From assembly GCA_963662265.2 (NCBI GenBank), contig CAXXHA010000013.1, forward strand, positions 108,110 to 172,109: DNA of 64,000 nucleotides, read 5' to 3'. Numbering within the stretch: the stretch's first letter is position 1; every line of letters begins with the position of its first letter. The position numbers and the translations under genes were made by a program. Below, piece after piece: positions 9,744 through 20,421 of this stretch. Source of the DNA: Spirochaetia bacterium. GTDB lineage: Bacteria; Spirochaetota; Spirochaetia; CADAEX01. The notes beneath the pieces are model-generated. The model did not search any database and was not told the origin of the DNA. It saw only the letters and a list, made by a program, of their open reading frames with translations.

Positions 9744-11063
9744 ATGTGTGTATTAAACTGCCTACATTCTGTAACGCTTGATGAGGACCTCTGCCGGGGA
9801 TGTACAACTTGTATATCCAGATGTCCTACTGAGGCTATCCGGGTAAGAAACGGCAAGGCACTCATAATTACAGAAAGATGTATTGACTGCGGTGAGTGCA
9901 TCAGAAGCTGTCCCTCCCATGCCAAAAAGGCAATTTCCGATCCATTATCTGTAATAGATGAGTTTGAGTATAAGGTTGCTATTCCTGCTCCCAGTTTTTA
10001 CGGACAGTTCAAGGATGAGATTGGTGCCGACAGGGTATTATCAGCACTTTTGAAGATCGGATTTGATGATGTATATGAGGTTGCAAGAGCTGCCGAAATA
10101 GTCTCAATGGCGACAAAAAAGCAGATAGATTCGGGTGAATATCCCAAGCCCATGATTTCATCTTCATGCCCTGCAGTTGTAAAGCTTATCCAGGTAAGGT
10201 TTCCCGGCCTGATTGAACATGTAATAAAAATCCAGTCTCCGATGGAAGTTGCTGCCCGTGTTGTTAAGAAATATATACACAAGGGCAAGAAGAATATCGG
10301 TGTATTTTTCATTTCCCCCTGTCCCGGCAAGGTATCTGTCGTAAAAACTCCGCTTGGCCATGAAAGATCCTATGTCGACGGCATAATAGCTGTAAAGGAT
10401 ATTTATCCCCATATAAGAACTGCAGCTAAAGAGATTGCTGAACCGAAGAGAAAATCAAATGCATCGGGAATCGGTATAAGATGGGCACATTCAGACGGGG
10501 AAAGTGAAGCGGTTGATGCAAAAAGAAGTATTTCTGTTGACGGTATTCACCAGGTTATCGATGTCCTTGAGCAGATAGAGAACCAGGATATACATGATAT
10601 TGATTTTATCGAAGCTATGGCATGTCCCGGCGGATGTGTTGGGGGAACTCTCAATGTCGAGAATCCGTTTATAGCAAGGTCAAGAGTGAAAAGGATTGTC
10701 AAGGATAATAACAATAACATTATCAGCAGCGATATTTTCGACAGGCCTGGATTCGATGTCTCCTGGACAAGGGAGATTTATTCGCGGCCTGCAATGAAGC
10801 TTGATGAAGATATCAAGGTTGCCATGAAGATGATGGAGGAGATTGATTTAATCACTGAAGAACTTCCAGGTCTTGACTGCGGTTCCTGCGGCGCTCCATC
10901 CTGCCGTGCTCTTGCAGAAGATATTGTCAAAGGGCATGCTGAGAAAACAGACTGTATATTTATTCTGAAAGATGAGATAAAAAAAGTCGCGGATCATATG
11001 GCGCAGCTTGAAAAACGTATGCCTTCAGCATTCAGCAGCAGAGATGATAAAACCAGGGAATAA
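9744..11063 (+). CDS. [FeFe]-hydrogenase-like protein (group C/D sensory type) with 2x[4Fe-4S] ferredoxin and C-terminal FeS domain
   Basis: CRGCTTCISRCP, CIDCGECIRSCP; H-cluster motifs SSSCP, SPCPGK, EAMACPGGCVGG; C-terminal DCGSCGAPSC...C. Confidence 0.85.
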   Translation: MCVLNCLHSVTLDEDLCRGCTTCISRCPTEAIRVRNGKALIITERCIDCGECIRSCPSHAKKAISDPLSVIDEFEYKVAIPAPSFYGQFKDEIGADRVLSALLKIGFDDVYEVARAAEIVSMATKKQIDSGEYPKPMISSSCPAVVKLIQVRFPGLIEHVIKIQSPMEVAARVVKKYIHKGKKNIGVFFISPCPGKVSVVKTPLGHERSYVDGIIAVKDIYPHIRTAAKEIAEPKRKSNASGIGIRWAHSDGESEAVDAKRSISVDGIHQVIDVLEQIENQDIHDIDFIEAMACPGGCVGGTLNVENPFIARSRVKRIVKDNNNNIISSDIFDRPGFDVSWTREIYSRPAMKLDEDIKVAMKMMEEIDLITEELPGLDCGSCGAPSCRALAEDIVKGHAEKTDCIFILKDEIKKVADHMAQLEKRMPSAFSSRDDKTRE

Positions 11064-11182
11064 AAATCTGTAATCCTGTCTGAAACTGATTTTATTAATC
11101 TCTGTCCACTATTCATTAATCACTATTTACTATTCACTGGTAATCGATCATTTGTAATTGATCCACCCGGGGAAATAACTGC

Positions 11183-11220
11183 AAAAAAAACAGGCTCTCC
11201 GCAGCAATACGAAAAGCCTG
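11183..11220 (-). terminator. Terminator of the osmoprotectant ABC operon
   Basis: caggct/agcctg stem with A8 on its left (U8 on the minus strand). Confidence 0.55.
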
Positions 11221-11249
11221 ATATTGATTTTTTATTTGCCGGTCCCGGC

Positions 11250-12146
11250 CTATTTTATGAAACCTTTTCCTTTCAGGAATTCCTCTGCAACCATTTTTGC
11301 GGGAAGACCTTCCGCATCAACCTTGTAGTTGAGATTGATAATTGTTTCTGTATCAAGAACATCCATTACCGGGGTAAGGATATCATAGATTTCAGGATAT
11401 TTTTCAAGGATTTCCTTTCTTGCTATAGGACCTACATTGTAGATTGGGAAGAATGCCTTGTCATCATCAAGAACAAACAGTTTGAATTTCTTGAGAAGAC
11501 CGTCAGTTGAGAAAACCATTGCAACATCAACCTGTCCCCTGTCAAGCGCTTCATAGCTGAGGCCGATATCCATTGTTTTCACGTTTTCCTTTTTGACTTC
11601 TACACCGTAAAGATCTGCCATTGCGAAAAATCCGTCAGGTCTTTCAAAAAACTCATGGTCAAGGGCAATCTTCAGATCAGGGTTGCTTTTTGTATATTCT
11701 GCAAATTCTGAAAGATTATTTCCGAAATCCACACCATCACCTTTTTTATATGCAAGGGCGTATGTATTGTTGTACTTTCCCTGATACATCCATACAATGC
11801 CGTTTTCTTCATCAATCTTTTTGCATTCTTCAAAAAGTTTAGCCGCATCATTGATTTTTTCCTCTTTACCGAAGAACGCAGTCCATGCAGTACCGGTAAA
11901 TTCCGGATATATATCGATCTGGCCTGTTTCCAGACCTTCTCTTACAATAGAGCTTCCTGTTCCGAATTTCTCGGTAACTTTAAAGCCGTTTTCCTGAAGC
12001 ATGAGTGAAAAAATATTTCCAAGTACATACTGTTCTGTGTAGTTTTTTGCTCCAACTACAATTCCTTTTGAATCCCCTTTTTTTGAGCATGCGCTGAATG
12101 ATAAAAGCAGTACAAGCGCGATTGTGATTAATAATAGTTTTTTCAT
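11250..12146 (-). CDS. Glycine betaine/choline ABC transporter substrate-binding lipoprotein (OpuCC/OsmF-like)
   Basis: Lipobox FSAC; VGAKNYTEQ, IDIYPEFTGT, YNNTYAL, EFFERPDG, FFPIY. Confidence 0.9.
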   Translation of the reverse strand: MKKLLLITIALVLLLSFSACSKKGDSKGIVVGAKNYTEQYVLGNIFSLMLQENGFKVTEKFGTGSSIVREGLETGQIDIYPEFTGTAWTAFFGKEEKINDAAKLFEECKKIDEENGIVWMYQGKYNNTYALAYKKGDGVDFGNNLSEFAEYTKSNPDLKIALDHEFFERPDGFFAMADLYGVEVKKENVKTMDIGLSYEALDRGQVDVAMVFSTDGLLKKFKLFVLDDDKAFFPIYNVGPIARKEILEKYPEIYDILTPVMDVLDTETIINLNYKVDAEGLPAKMVAEEFLKGKGFIK

Positions 12147-12332
12147 TATTTCCTCCTTTATGAAATATAAAACCGGGAATAATTTTGATGTAAATCCGGT
12201 TTATAACTATTTTAAAATTTATCTGATAAAGCAGCCGCTGTATCAGAAACTTTTTGTCCGGAAACAATTCCGGTATCTGAACCGGGACTGAATGCTGATG
12301 CATTTACCCGGTCAATTGTTTTCACAGAAAAA

Positions 12333-12980
12333 TTATCCTCTTTTTACCTTGAGCCCTCTCGGTGTAATTTTCTTTTCGACTGCATGTATCAGTGCATCAA
12401 CAAGAATAGCAAGAACTGAAGTTGCTACAGCGCCTATTATGATGAGGTGGTTTTTGTTGAGCCTTAATCCGAGAAATATCAGGTCGCCGAGTCCGCCGCC
12501 CCCGATAATAGATGCAACTGTGGCAGTCCCTATATTTATTGTAACTGCGCTTCTGATACCAGCCATTATTACAGGTATTGCGACAGGTATTTTTATTTTC
12601 CAGGTAATCTGATTGTCTGTAAGGCCTATACCTCTTGCCGCCTCAATCATTTTTTTATCGATGCTTAAAAGCCCTGATACAGCATTGAAGAGGATAGGAA
12701 CTATGCTGTAGATGAAAAGAGCTATAATTGCAGGTGTTGCCCCGATTCCGATGAAAAGAAACACAAGCGCAACTACAGCCACTGACGGGACTGCCTGGAG
12801 TGTTGCTGTAAAGGTCAGAATAATATTCCCGGTTTTTTCCTTGCCTTCCCTTGTAACATATATTGAAAGTGCAATACCTATGATTATTGCCATAATTGTA
12901 GATGTTGAAAACAGGTATATATGCTGATAAAGCAGGTACATTATCTGACTGAAATTTTCACTTATATATTCAATTATCAT
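12333..12980 (-). CDS. Osmoprotectant ABC transporter permease
   Basis: EAARGIG EAA loop, PVIMAGIRS, GGGGLGDLIF. Confidence 0.9.
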   Translation of the reverse strand: MIIEYISENFSQIMYLLYQHIYLFSTSTIMAIIIGIALSIYVTREGKEKTGNIILTFTATLQAVPSVAVVALVFLFIGIGATPAIIALFIYSIVPILFNAVSGLLSIDKKMIEAARGIGLTDNQITWKIKIPVAIPVIMAGIRSAVTINIGTATVASIIGGGGLGDLIFLGLRLNKNHLIIIGAVATSVLAILVDALIHAVEKKITPRGLKVKRG

Positions 12981-12986
12981 ATATTT

Positions 12987-14084
12987 TTACCCTTCGTTTT
13001 TAAGCTCTTTGAAAATATCTGTAATATTCATTACTCCGATAAACTGGTTGTCTTTTGTCTTAACGACAGGAAGGCTGCTCTCTCCCGCTTCCACCATGAC
13101 GGAAAATGTCTGCTGGAGATTTCCTTTCCGCTCCAGTGTGATCGGGTTGTCAATCATTGAAAGGTATTTTGAATTATCTTTCTTGTTTTTCTTCAGGTGA
13201 TATTCCCCTATGAAGCCTCCGTCTTCATCAATAATATAGGCAGTCTTTTTCTTCACATCTGCGAGTCTTTTAATTATTTTCTCGGGATCATCATCCTTTC
13301 GGCAGGTCACATAGCCGTCTTTTGTCACGTAATCAACATTTTTCTTTAAAACAAGAGCTTTAAGGCTCCTGTCATGGCCGAGGAGGTTTTCCACAAACTC
13401 GTTTTCCGGCTCGTTGAGTATATTCATTACATTGTCATACTGGACCAGGTTTCCTTTCTTTAGAATTGCAATTCTGTCTCCAAGTTTTATAGCTTCATTG
13501 ATATCATGCGTAACAAAGACTATTGTCTTCTTGATTTTCTCCTGAATTGAGAGGAATGAATCATGGAGTTTGCTCCTGTTTATAGGGTCAATAGCGCCGA
13601 AAGGCTCATCCATCAGAAGGACTTCAGGGTCTGCCGCAAGGGCTCTTGCAAGTCCAACCCTCTGTCTCTCTCCTCCTGAAAGCTGGAGGGGGTATTTATA
13701 CATATAACTTGAATTGAGTGTTACAAGGTCGAGAAGTTCTTCAATTCTTGTCTTTATCTTTTTTCCCTCCCATTTCAGTAGCCTCGGTACAACAGCTATG
13801 TTGTCAAACACATTCATATGGGGGAAAAGTCCTATCTCCTGGATTACATAACCTATGCTTCTTCTGAGTTCTACAGCATCAAGGCTTGTGATGGATTCCC
13901 CGTTTATGAAAATATCACCATCTGAAGGCTCTATGAGGCGGTTGATCATTTTCATTGTAGTAGTTTTACCGCAGCCTGAAGGGCCGATCAGCATTGTTAT
14001 TTTACCGTTTTCAATATCCATGCTGAGGTTTTCTACAGCATATTTTTTGCCGAATTTTTTTGTAAGATGTTTAAGTTCTATCAA
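12987..14084 (-). CDS. Osmoprotectant ABC transporter ATPase with C-terminal CBS-like region (OpuCA-like)
   Basis: GPSGCGKTT, GYVIQEIGLFPH, LSGGERQR, MDEPFGAID; TTG start after GGAG. Confidence 0.92.
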   Translation of the reverse strand: MIELKHLTKKFGKKYAVENLSMDIENGKITMLIGPSGCGKTTTMKMINRLIEPSDGDIFINGESITSLDAVELRRSIGYVIQEIGLFPHMNVFDNIAVVPRLLKWEGKKIKTRIEELLDLVTLNSSYMYKYPLQLSGGERQRVGLARALAADPEVLLMDEPFGAIDPINRSKLHDSFLSIQEKIKKTIVFVTHDINEAIKLGDRIAILKKGNLVQYDNVMNILNEPENEFVENLLGHDRSLKALVLKKNVDYVTKDGYVTCRKDDDPEKIIKRLADVKKKTAYIIDEDGGFIGEYHLKKNKKDNSKYLSMIDNPITLERKGNLQQTFSVMVEAGESSLPVVKTKDNQFIGVMNITDIFKELKNEG

Positions 14085-14096
14085 TTATTTACTCCG

Positions 14097-14771
14097 TTAT
14101 GATCGTTTTATTTTCAGTCCGCGGGGTGTAAGCAGAATTTCCAGTTTAATGAGAAGATAGTTGCAGAGAATCCCCAGTATTGAAACAAGTACTGCTCCGG
14201 AAGCAACCATCAGGAAATTTGTCCGTGAAATCCCTGAAAATATGAAGTATCCCAGTCCTCCCGCACTGACAAGGGATGCAAGTGTTGCGACACTGACCCC
14301 CATTACAATTGCAACTCTTACACCTGCCATAATTACAGGTATTGAAAGTGGAAGTTTTATCCTGAAAAGAATCTGTGTTCTTGTGAGGCCCATTCCCCTG
14401 GCAGCTTCAATCATCCTTGGCGAAACCTGGTTCAGAGCAGTAACAGTGTTCCGGATAATAGGAAGCAGCGAGTAGATAATAATTGCAATTACTGCGGGAG
14501 TCAGACCGACACCCAGTTTGAGCGGTGCAAGCAGTACAACCATGATTCCGAAAAGAGCAAGGCTTGGTATAGTCATTAGAATACTTGCAATGTAAAGGGT
14601 TACTTTAGTCAGTTTTGGTTTTGACGCAATAAGGAACCCGATTGGTACGCTTAAAAGAATTGAGGGGGGGATGCTTAAAAGCACTATTTTCAGATGCTGG
14701 AGAAACTGAACAAGAAGTGTTTCCCAGTAATATTTTAAAAATGTAAAGAAATCGATAGTAATCACCTCCAT
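14097..14771 (-). CDS. Osmoprotectant ABC transporter permease (true start possibly ATC at 14756)
   Basis: TIPSLALFG, EAARGMG, AGGLGYFIF. Confidence 0.9.
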   Translation of the reverse strand: MEVITIDFFTFLKYYWETLLVQFLQHLKIVLLSIPPSILLSVPIGFLIASKPKLTKVTLYIASILMTIPSLALFGIMVVLLAPLKLGVGLTPAVIAIIIYSLLPIIRNTVTALNQVSPRMIEAARGMGLTRTQILFRIKLPLSIPVIMAGVRVAIVMGVSVATLASLVSAGGLGYFIFSGISRTNFLMVASGAVLVSILGILCNYLLIKLEILLTPRGLKIKRS

Positions 14772-15124
14772 TTAATCGATTCGAAGGTATTAAATCTTTT
14801 AAATAAGCCATTTTAATCATGAGGAAATCCTCAGGTAATTCCGGCAATTTAATATCCACGGATAGATTAAATGAACCGTATTTCCGGTTTTTATATACGG
14901 GAAATAACAGAATTGAAACAGTTATGTATTGTTGTACTGGTAGTTTGAGCGGAGCCACTTGCAGCAGCTGAACCGATGAAAAAGGTTGAGTATCCGTCTG
15001 CAGCTTTTTATTTGAGTAATTTCATGAGAAAGATAAATATTTCGATAACCTGTAGACAAAAACATTATTAGGCTTTAAGTTTAACATGTATATATTAGAA
15101 ACTCAAGTGGTTGAAAAGTAATCA

Positions 15125-16369
15125 ATGTTTTGTAAAACAGTCGAAATAGTTATCCTTCTTATCCTTTCCGCATTTTTTTCATCTTCTGAAACAGCTTTTA
15201 CATCTCTTTCTGTAATACAGATTGAAACACTTGCGGGGAAAAAAGGGAGAAGAGGGCGCCTTGTAAAGAAGCTCCTTAAAAAACCGGAACATCTGCTTAT
15301 AACAATCCTGACCGGAAATAATCTTGTCAATATTTCAATTACCGCAATTACAACAGAACTTACTATTGAAATTTTCGGAAGTCATTTTATCGGAATAATG
15401 ACCGGTATACTTACCCTGACAATTCTTGTTTTCGGGGAGGTTATACCTAAAAATTTCGCAATTGCGCATAATGAATTCATAGCTACTTATTCTGCCCCCT
15501 TAATAAAAGGGTGTATGATTATTCTCCGCCCTGTTGTATTTCTTATTGACAGCATCAGTTCGCTTTTCATCAGGTTTATCGGAAGAAAGAAGAAAGACCG
15601 TATATCAATGGATTCAATACTCCTTCTCATAAGATATGCAGAAGCCAGGGGAATAGTCGAAGATTATGAAAATGATATGGTCCACGGTGTATTCCGTCTT
15701 GCCCAGCAGAATATTTCTAGCATAATGACACACCGGACAAAGGTTTTCAGTCTCGCAGCAGGCTGTACTGCTTCTGAAACAGAAGCGGCAATTATAAAAT
15801 CCGGTTTTTCCCGTATTCCTGTTTATGAAAATGAACCTGAAAACATAACAGGAATTATATATGTCAAGGATCTCTTCAAAGAGGCTAAAAAAGACGGAAA
15901 TGAAATCAGGCTCCGGGATATTTCAACACCTCCTGTATTTGTTTCAGAAAACAAGAAAGTAGGAGAAATTCTTTTCCTTATGAAGAAGGAAAAGAAGAAA
16001 CTTGCTGTTGTTCTTGATGAGTACAGCGGCCTTTCAGGTATTGTGACAATGGAGGATATTCTCGAAGAGGTTGTAGGTGAGCTTTATGATGAAAACGAGG
16101 TGAGGCTTACTGAAAAAATAGTAAAAAGAAGTGAAAACGAATATTTTATCATGGGAAATACACCTATCAGCATGATTAATGACAGGATAGGGACAGATAT
16201 TCCCGCCGGACGGCTCTCTCAGACTATAGGGGGCTATATTGTTAATGAACTGGGTAAAATTCCTGTCGGCAATGAAAAGGTTGATTTCCCCGGTGGAAAC
16301 CTGCTGGTTTATTCTGCTACAAGCAGGCGTGTTGAATCTGTTATCCTCCGGCTGAAGAAAAATAATTAG
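15125..16369 (+). CDS. CNNM/HlyC-CorC family membrane protein (DUF21-CBS-CorC)
   Basis: SAFFSSSETA, LVFGEVIPK, SGFSRIPVY, VVLDEYSG...TMEDILEEVVGE. Confidence 0.9.
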   Translation: MFCKTVEIVILLILSAFFSSSETAFTSLSVIQIETLAGKKGRRGRLVKKLLKKPEHLLITILTGNNLVNISITAITTELTIEIFGSHFIGIMTGILTLTILVFGEVIPKNFAIAHNEFIATYSAPLIKGCMIILRPVVFLIDSISSLFIRFIGRKKKDRISMDSILLLIRYAEARGIVEDYENDMVHGVFRLAQQNISSIMTHRTKVFSLAAGCTASETEAAIIKSGFSRIPVYENEPENITGIIYVKDLFKEAKKDGNEIRLRDISTPPVFVSENKKVGEILFLMKKEKKKLAVVLDEYSGLSGIVTMEDILEEVVGELYDENEVRLTEKIVKRSENEYFIMGNTPISMINDRIGTDIPAGRLSQTIGGYIVNELGKIPVGNEKVDFPGGNLLVYSATSRRVESVILRLKKNN

Positions 16370-16389
16370 TATATTGAATAATAATATAT

Positions 16390-16439
16390 AAAAAGGCTGT
16401 CAAGCTTTATCGGCCGGGGCCTATAAGGCTTGACAGCCT
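16390..16439 (-). terminator. Terminator between convergent CNNM and aminopeptidase genes
   Basis: Long stem aggctgtcaagctttat/ataaggcttgacagcct flanked by an A run. Confidence 0.7.
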
Positions 16440-16549
16440 GATGACTATTTTAAAGGACTGAAATCTGTATTGTATAGGACTCAGCCCTTTAATATCTCAA
16501 ATACATATCTTAAATCAACTTGTGAAAAAGTAAATAATACTGAAGCTGT

Positions 16550-17686
16550 TTAACCGCTGATTAAGCCTTCCCTTACTACAGTTTTTTCAGATCCGTCTTC
16601 AAAGACAAGTGTAATTGTCGGGTCTTTTACAAGCCCGTCGAGATGTATGAGTGCAGGGGCATCCTCGTCATAATTTGAACCGATTGCAAAGTGGCATGTT
16701 TTAAAAGCTTTTTCATCTTCCAGCATGTTGCCGCTGATAACAGCCTCAGGGTTTAAGCCTATTCCAAGCTCACCTATGTTTCTTGCATTCTTTGCATATT
16801 TTTTACCGTCCCCGGCCGGAAGTTTTCCCTCCTCTTCAAAAATCAATGCGTTTTTTTCAGCCTTTTCTATTGTGTCGAGAAGTATTGAAGCTTCCTCTTT
16901 CCCTGTAACTTCATCTGCAAAACCGTTTCTGACAGATACAAATATCGGGTTATTGATTATCAGGTCGCCGTCGTTTGTTGATATGCTTCCGTCAAACGCA
17001 ATAATCCCTTCTGTTTTCCCCACTACAGGCGATATGAAAGTTTCACCAGCAGGAAGGTTTCCTCCATCTCCGGGCGATGAAAAATCACCGTCATCGCACA
17101 TTGCCTCTCTTCCCTCGATATTAATAACAACATCAGTTCCTGCGGGAGCTGTGACTTTCACTTTTACCGCTTTATCGAGAAGTTCTTTGAGAAACAGGCT
17201 TCTCTCTTTCATTTTTGCGTAATTTACAGGTATTGTTCTGATAAACATGTCTCTTGTTATACCGGGGGACCAGAAAGACCTGCATTTCTTTACACCATGC
17301 ATCAGGTAGTGGAATGTGTTGTTGTATTTTTTACCGTCAAGTTCATAGGGATCTGTAATTGCATCCTCATCTTTTCCCAGCTTGTTCTTGCTGATTGAGA
17401 TAATTACATCTGGTTCAGTCTTTATAGCCCCGATAATCCCTTTTTCCGCAAAATCAAGCTGTGTTTTTTCCTTCTGTATTATGATAAGAGGATCAGCGCC
17501 TGCTTCGAGCGAAGCATCGAAAAGTGCCTGGGATACAGGCAGGGTTTCATCATCAGGATTGGTTACTATAAGTACTTTCTCCCCTTTTTTTATTGCAAGT
17601 ACATCTCTTACAGCAACTTTAGCGCTTCTGTTGAGCTGGAGATCGCTTTTTACAAGCTTCTGAAAATTAAAATCTGTATTATTCAT
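16550..17686 (-). CDS. Aminopeptidase, M29 thermophilic metalloprotease-like
   Basis: GNLPAGE, ELGIGLNP, EDEK..TCHFAIG, HLD metal-ligand motifs. Confidence 0.85.
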   Translation of the reverse strand: MNNTDFNFQKLVKSDLQLNRSAKVAVRDVLAIKKGEKVLIVTNPDDETLPVSQALFDASLEAGADPLIIIQKEKTQLDFAEKGIIGAIKTEPDVIISISKNKLGKDEDAITDPYELDGKKYNNTFHYLMHGVKKCRSFWSPGITRDMFIRTIPVNYAKMKERSLFLKELLDKAVKVKVTAPAGTDVVINIEGREAMCDDGDFSSPGDGGNLPAGETFISPVVGKTEGIIAFDGSISTNDGDLIINNPIFVSVRNGFADEVTGKEEASILLDTIEKAEKNALIFEEEGKLPAGDGKKYAKNARNIGELGIGLNPEAVISGNMLEDEKAFKTCHFAIGSNYDEDAPALIHLDGLVKDPTITLVFEDGSEKTVVREGLISG

Positions 17687-18198
17687 TTATAAAATCCTGT
17701 AATTGGTTTCTGATTTAGCAAACTCATTTTTTATCCTGGAGCGGATATCCTGTTCTGACCGGAATAATTCCTGAAGATCAGGGTAACACAGTAAGGATAT
17801 GGTCTATATTGCTGTTATTCTGAAAACTGACGACATTATAAACTACAGATGCTGATTATGGAATATCTGAACTTTTAAATCTTTATCCCGCATGTAATTG
17901 CCGTACGGGATAAAAATTTGTATATTATTTCAAGGTAGATCTGCAGCTGTTGTACTGAAGTATTTTTCATCCTGTCTGCAGTTACGGCTGCCTGCAGTTT
18001 TTTTAATTACAGGCGCCGGTTTTTCAATATTACAGTATCCTGCATGCAAGAACAGATATTTTTCTGCAACAGCTGTTTTTTATTCTGCTTTTATGAATAA
18101 TCAGTATTTTGTTTGTAAACCGGAATCAGGCACCATGTTTTAGGCGCACTGAAACCGGATTAATATATATAAAAAAAATTAAAATTTAGGAGAGGAAC

Positions 18199-20076
18199 AT
18201 GGCTCAGCACCAGTTTCAGACAGAAGTATCCCAGCTTCTTCATTTAATTATTCACTCCCTTTACTCACATAAGGAAATATTCTTAAGGGAGCTGATATCA
18301 AATTCTTCAGATGCTCTTGATAAACTGAAATATCTGACACTCACTGATGAAAACTACAAAAATATCCCGTTCGAACCTAAAATTGATATCAGTTTTACAG
18401 ATTCAGATGAAAAGAAACTTGTTATTTCCGATACAGGTATAGGTATGAATGATGAGGACCTTGTCCTCAACCTGGGAACAATTGCAAGATCAGGAACAAA
18501 AAATTTCCTGAGCCAGCTTACAGGCGATTCAAGAAAAGACTCAAGTCTTATTGGACAGTTCGGGGTAGGGTTTTACTCGGCTTTCATGGTTGCAGACAAG
18601 ATTGAAGTGGTTTCCAGAAAAGCCGGTGAAGACAAGGCCTGGAAATGGGTGAGCGACGGGAAAGGATCATACGAAATTTCCGAAGCGGAAAAAGAGACAT
18701 GCGGAACAGAAATTACTCTTTTTCTTAATAAAGAGGGTGATGAGTATGCTTCCAGGTGGCAGATTGAATCAATCATAAAGAAATATTCAGACCATATCCC
18801 TTTTCCTATCTTCCTTGAATATGAACACACTTCATTCGAGGGTGAAGGGGATGACAGGAAAGAGGTGAAGGAAACAAAAGTCGATCAGATCAACTCTGCA
18901 TCTGCCCTCTGGAAAAGATCAAAATCCGATCTAACAGATGATGATTACAATGAGTTCTACAAGACAATTTCCCATGATACAGAAGAACCTCTCTACTATA
19001 TCCATACAAAGGCTGAAGGAACCATGGAGTATACAACACTCTTTTTTATTCCGAAAACAGCTCCCTTCGACCTTTACCAGGCAGATTACAAGCCGGGTGT
19101 GAAGCTTTATGTATCAAGGGTTTTCATAACTGATGATGACAAGGAACTTCTTCCGACATACCTCAGGTTTTTAAGAGGTGTTATTGATTCTGAGGATCTT
19201 CCTCTCAATGTGAGCCGTGAAATCCTGCAGCAGAACAGGGTTATGACAAATATCAGAAACTCTTCTGTAAAGAAAGTACTTTCTGAGCTTAAGAGTCTTT
19301 CTGAAAGCAATCCTGAAAAATACCTGGAATTCATCAGGCATTACAACAGACCTCTTAAAGAGGGCCTTTATTCAGACTTTACAAACAGGGACTCACTTCT
19401 TGAGCTTATAAGGTTCAAGAGTACAGAAAACGAAGGGTATGTAAGCCTTAATGACTATGTCGAAAAGATGGGGGATGATCAGAAAGCTATCTACTACATT
19501 ACAGGCGGCAATGAGGATACACTCAGAAACTCTCCGCTTCTTGAAGCCTACAGAAAGAAGGGTATAGAAGTCCTTGTAATGGATGATGAAATTGATGATA
19601 TTGTTATTCCCACAATTGGTAAATACAAGGAAAAAGAGCTCAAGGCTGTTAACAGGACAGGCGCTGACGAAGATATCAAGACAGATGATGACAAGGCAAA
19701 AGAGGAAGAGGCTAAACCTATCATTGAAAAAATCAGGGAAGCTCTCGGGGAAGAGGTAAAGGATGTCAAGGCATCTTCCCGTCTCTCAGATTCCCCTTCA
19801 TGCATTGTTGCTGATGCTGATGATCCGACAATGCAGATGCAGCAGATGCTCAAGGCAATGGGACAGACAGAAATGCCTGACTTCAAGCCTATACTGGAGA
19901 TCAATCCTGATCATGAAATTGTCAAAAAGCTTACAGGTTCAGATGATAAGGACCTTATTTCCGATGTAAGCTATCTTCTCCTTGACCAGGCAAGGCTTAT
20001 CGAAGGGGGCGAGATAAAAAGCCCTGCTGATTTCGTAAAAAGGCTTAACAGGATCATGGGAAAGGCGGTAAATTAG
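18199..20076 (+). CDS. htpG: Molecular chaperone HtpG (Hsp90)
   Basis: LYSHKEIFLRELISNSSDA, DTGIGM, IGQFGVGFYS, DLPLNVSRE. Confidence 0.97.
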   Translation: MAQHQFQTEVSQLLHLIIHSLYSHKEIFLRELISNSSDALDKLKYLTLTDENYKNIPFEPKIDISFTDSDEKKLVISDTGIGMNDEDLVLNLGTIARSGTKNFLSQLTGDSRKDSSLIGQFGVGFYSAFMVADKIEVVSRKAGEDKAWKWVSDGKGSYEISEAEKETCGTEITLFLNKEGDEYASRWQIESIIKKYSDHIPFPIFLEYEHTSFEGEGDDRKEVKETKVDQINSASALWKRSKSDLTDDDYNEFYKTISHDTEEPLYYIHTKAEGTMEYTTLFFIPKTAPFDLYQADYKPGVKLYVSRVFITDDDKELLPTYLRFLRGVIDSEDLPLNVSREILQQNRVMTNIRNSSVKKVLSELKSLSESNPEKYLEFIRHYNRPLKEGLYSDFTNRDSLLELIRFKSTENEGYVSLNDYVEKMGDDQKAIYYITGGNEDTLRNSPLLEAYRKKGIEVLVMDDEIDDIVIPTIGKYKEKELKAVNRTGADEDIKTDDDKAKEEEAKPIIEKIREALGEEVKDVKASSRLSDSPSCIVADADDPTMQMQQMLKAMGQTEMPDFKPILEINPDHEIVKKLTGSDDKDLISDVSYLLLDQARLIEGGEIKSPADFVKRLNRIMGKAVN

Positions 20077-20150
20077 GTAATATCTGCTTGAAAAATTAAA
20101 TTAGGGAAATATTATATAAAATATTACAGGAATTGTTCCTGTTTAGTTTT

Positions 20151-20180
20151 GGGTATCCGGTTTGAGGATACCCTTTTTTT
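20151..20180 (+). terminator. Rho-independent terminator after htpG
   Basis: gggtatcc/ggataccc stem plus T7. Confidence 0.85.
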
Positions 20181-20421
20181 ATGCCGGAGATTGTTCCTTT
20201 ATATTTAAAAATTGATCTAAGATTTCCTTTCTGATCAGCCGAAATACTGATTACAGAAAACACATCCATATATTTGATTTTATGCTGTAAATGCATTAGA
20301 ATTTACCTACTAAAGTATTTTCAAAAATTAATAAATTTTAATATAATGGAAATGTTGTAAAAAGTTGTACTTGCCGTTTTACCGGCTATGCAGCCTCAAT
20401 TATTTTCCGGAGGTGAAGTAA

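Noticed and set aside
14772-15120. c-di-AMP (ydaO) riboswitch upstream of the osmoprotectant operon
   Set aside because: Conserved GCUGAA, GGGGxGAAU and CCCG.CAGCU elements were not found on the minus strand
17687-18198. CIRCE element upstream of htpG
   Set aside because: No TTAGCACTC-N9-GAGTGCTAA; only a partial ttagca at about 17715
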